Source of the DNA: a virus
Reading direction: 5' to 3' (one strand)
DNA length: 64,000 nt
Virus record (IMG/VR): IMGVR_UViG_3300021420_000001
Location: 32,001-96,000 of that record
A model generated the notes under the pieces. The model was not told the DNA's origin, searched no databases, and saw only the letters and a list, made by a program, of their open reading frames with translations. The position numbers and the translations under genes were made by a program. This document shows, in pieces, positions 63,591 through 64,000 of this stretch (position 1 is the stretch's first letter; the number at the start of each line of letters is the position of its first letter).

Positions 63591-64000
63591 ATGACTATTG
63601 TCTTCAATCAGGACCGCAACGTTCGTCAGAGCGATTACAAACCGCCATCCGAAGGCGCGGTCCTAGTCGTAAAAGCCCCCTGGGTTACCCTTCAGGGCGA
63701 AGGCCCTTATGTTGGTTATCCCGCTATTTTCATTCGATTGGCGGGCTGCAATCTCGGAAAAAAGGACAGCTGTAGTTTCTGCGATTCCCAGTTCGCTTTC
63801 GATAAAGGTACGTGGCGAACGCCGGGAGAATTGGTACTGGCTGTCTACGAAATTGCCAAAGGATATACTTTCCGCGATCGGCTTGTCGTCCTGACGGGCG
63901 GGGAGCCTTTCCTCCAGGAAGTGGCTCCGTTGATTGATCACCTTATTGATGCTGGGTGGACTGTCCAAGCCGAGACGAATGGTTTTTTCTGGAACAGTCG
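63591..64000 (+). CDS. queE: 7-carboxy-7-deazaguanine synthase (radical SAM), truncated by window edge
   Basis: Not in the ORF track. Hand translation: TLQGEGPYVGYPAIFIRLAGCNLGKKDSCSFCDS...VVLTGGEPFLQ...QAETNG. Confidence 0.9.
   Translation, partial: MTIVFNQDRNVRQSDYKPPSEGAVLVVKAPWVTLQGEGPYVGYPAIFIRLAGCNLGKKDSCSFCDSQFAFDKGTWRTPGELVLAVYEIAKGYTFRDRLVVLTGGEPFLQEVAPLIDHLIDAGWTVQAETNGFFWNS

Noticed and set aside
1-64000. Integrase, repressor, lysis cassette, DNA polymerase, dpdA, genetic-code reassignment
   Set aside because: None recognised in this window, so lifestyle cannot be determined. Genes end normally in TAA, TAG and TGA with no sign of systematic read-through.

Overview
The window is most of a tailed myovirus-type phage or prophage genome. 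It has the DUF1073 portal / MuF / DUF2213 protease / DUF2184 capsid / DUF4054 / DUF3383 sheath architecture. The host is probably an alphaproteobacterium (Hyphomicrobiales), inferred from an 'AADMLVKAP'-type outer-membrane protein. Almost everything from ~62,400 down to 1 is on the minus strand: accessory and nucleotide-modification genes (nucleotidyltransferase, HD hydrolase, QueF, amidoligase, LMW-PTP, PAPS-reductase-like), a NusG/RfaH-like antiterminator with an ops-like site, terminase, head, neck, tail and baseplate. A truncated queE starts on the + strand at the right edge. The most striking feature is that the normally compact neck module is split by two insertions (about 15.4 kb and 10.4 kb). 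These encode (i) a putative appendage module: a 978-aa protein with a Gly-rich domain, ~16 W-x-F-x-x-DDSS-x-W repeats and a fibre-adaptor-like end, plus small beta-rich proteins, a LamG-like protein and a glycoside-hydrolase-like protein; and (ii) a rare-sugar and glycan-decoration pathway: ColD-like 3-dehydratase, split TPP enzyme, NAD epimerase/reductase, intein-split B12 radical SAM, 4 glycosyltransferases, 3 methyltransferases, a 2OG-Fe(II) dioxygenase and an alpha/beta hydrolase. My best inference is a phage-encoded virion glycosylation system using a branched deoxysugar. Other notable items: an HNH insertion that duplicated the 3' end of its target gene, a tRNA-like RNA with an aberrant anticodon arm, head polyproteins punctuated by A/G-x-D motifs, and a dispersed 16-30 bp DNA motif. 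All family assignments come from motif recognition by eye; no database search was run.
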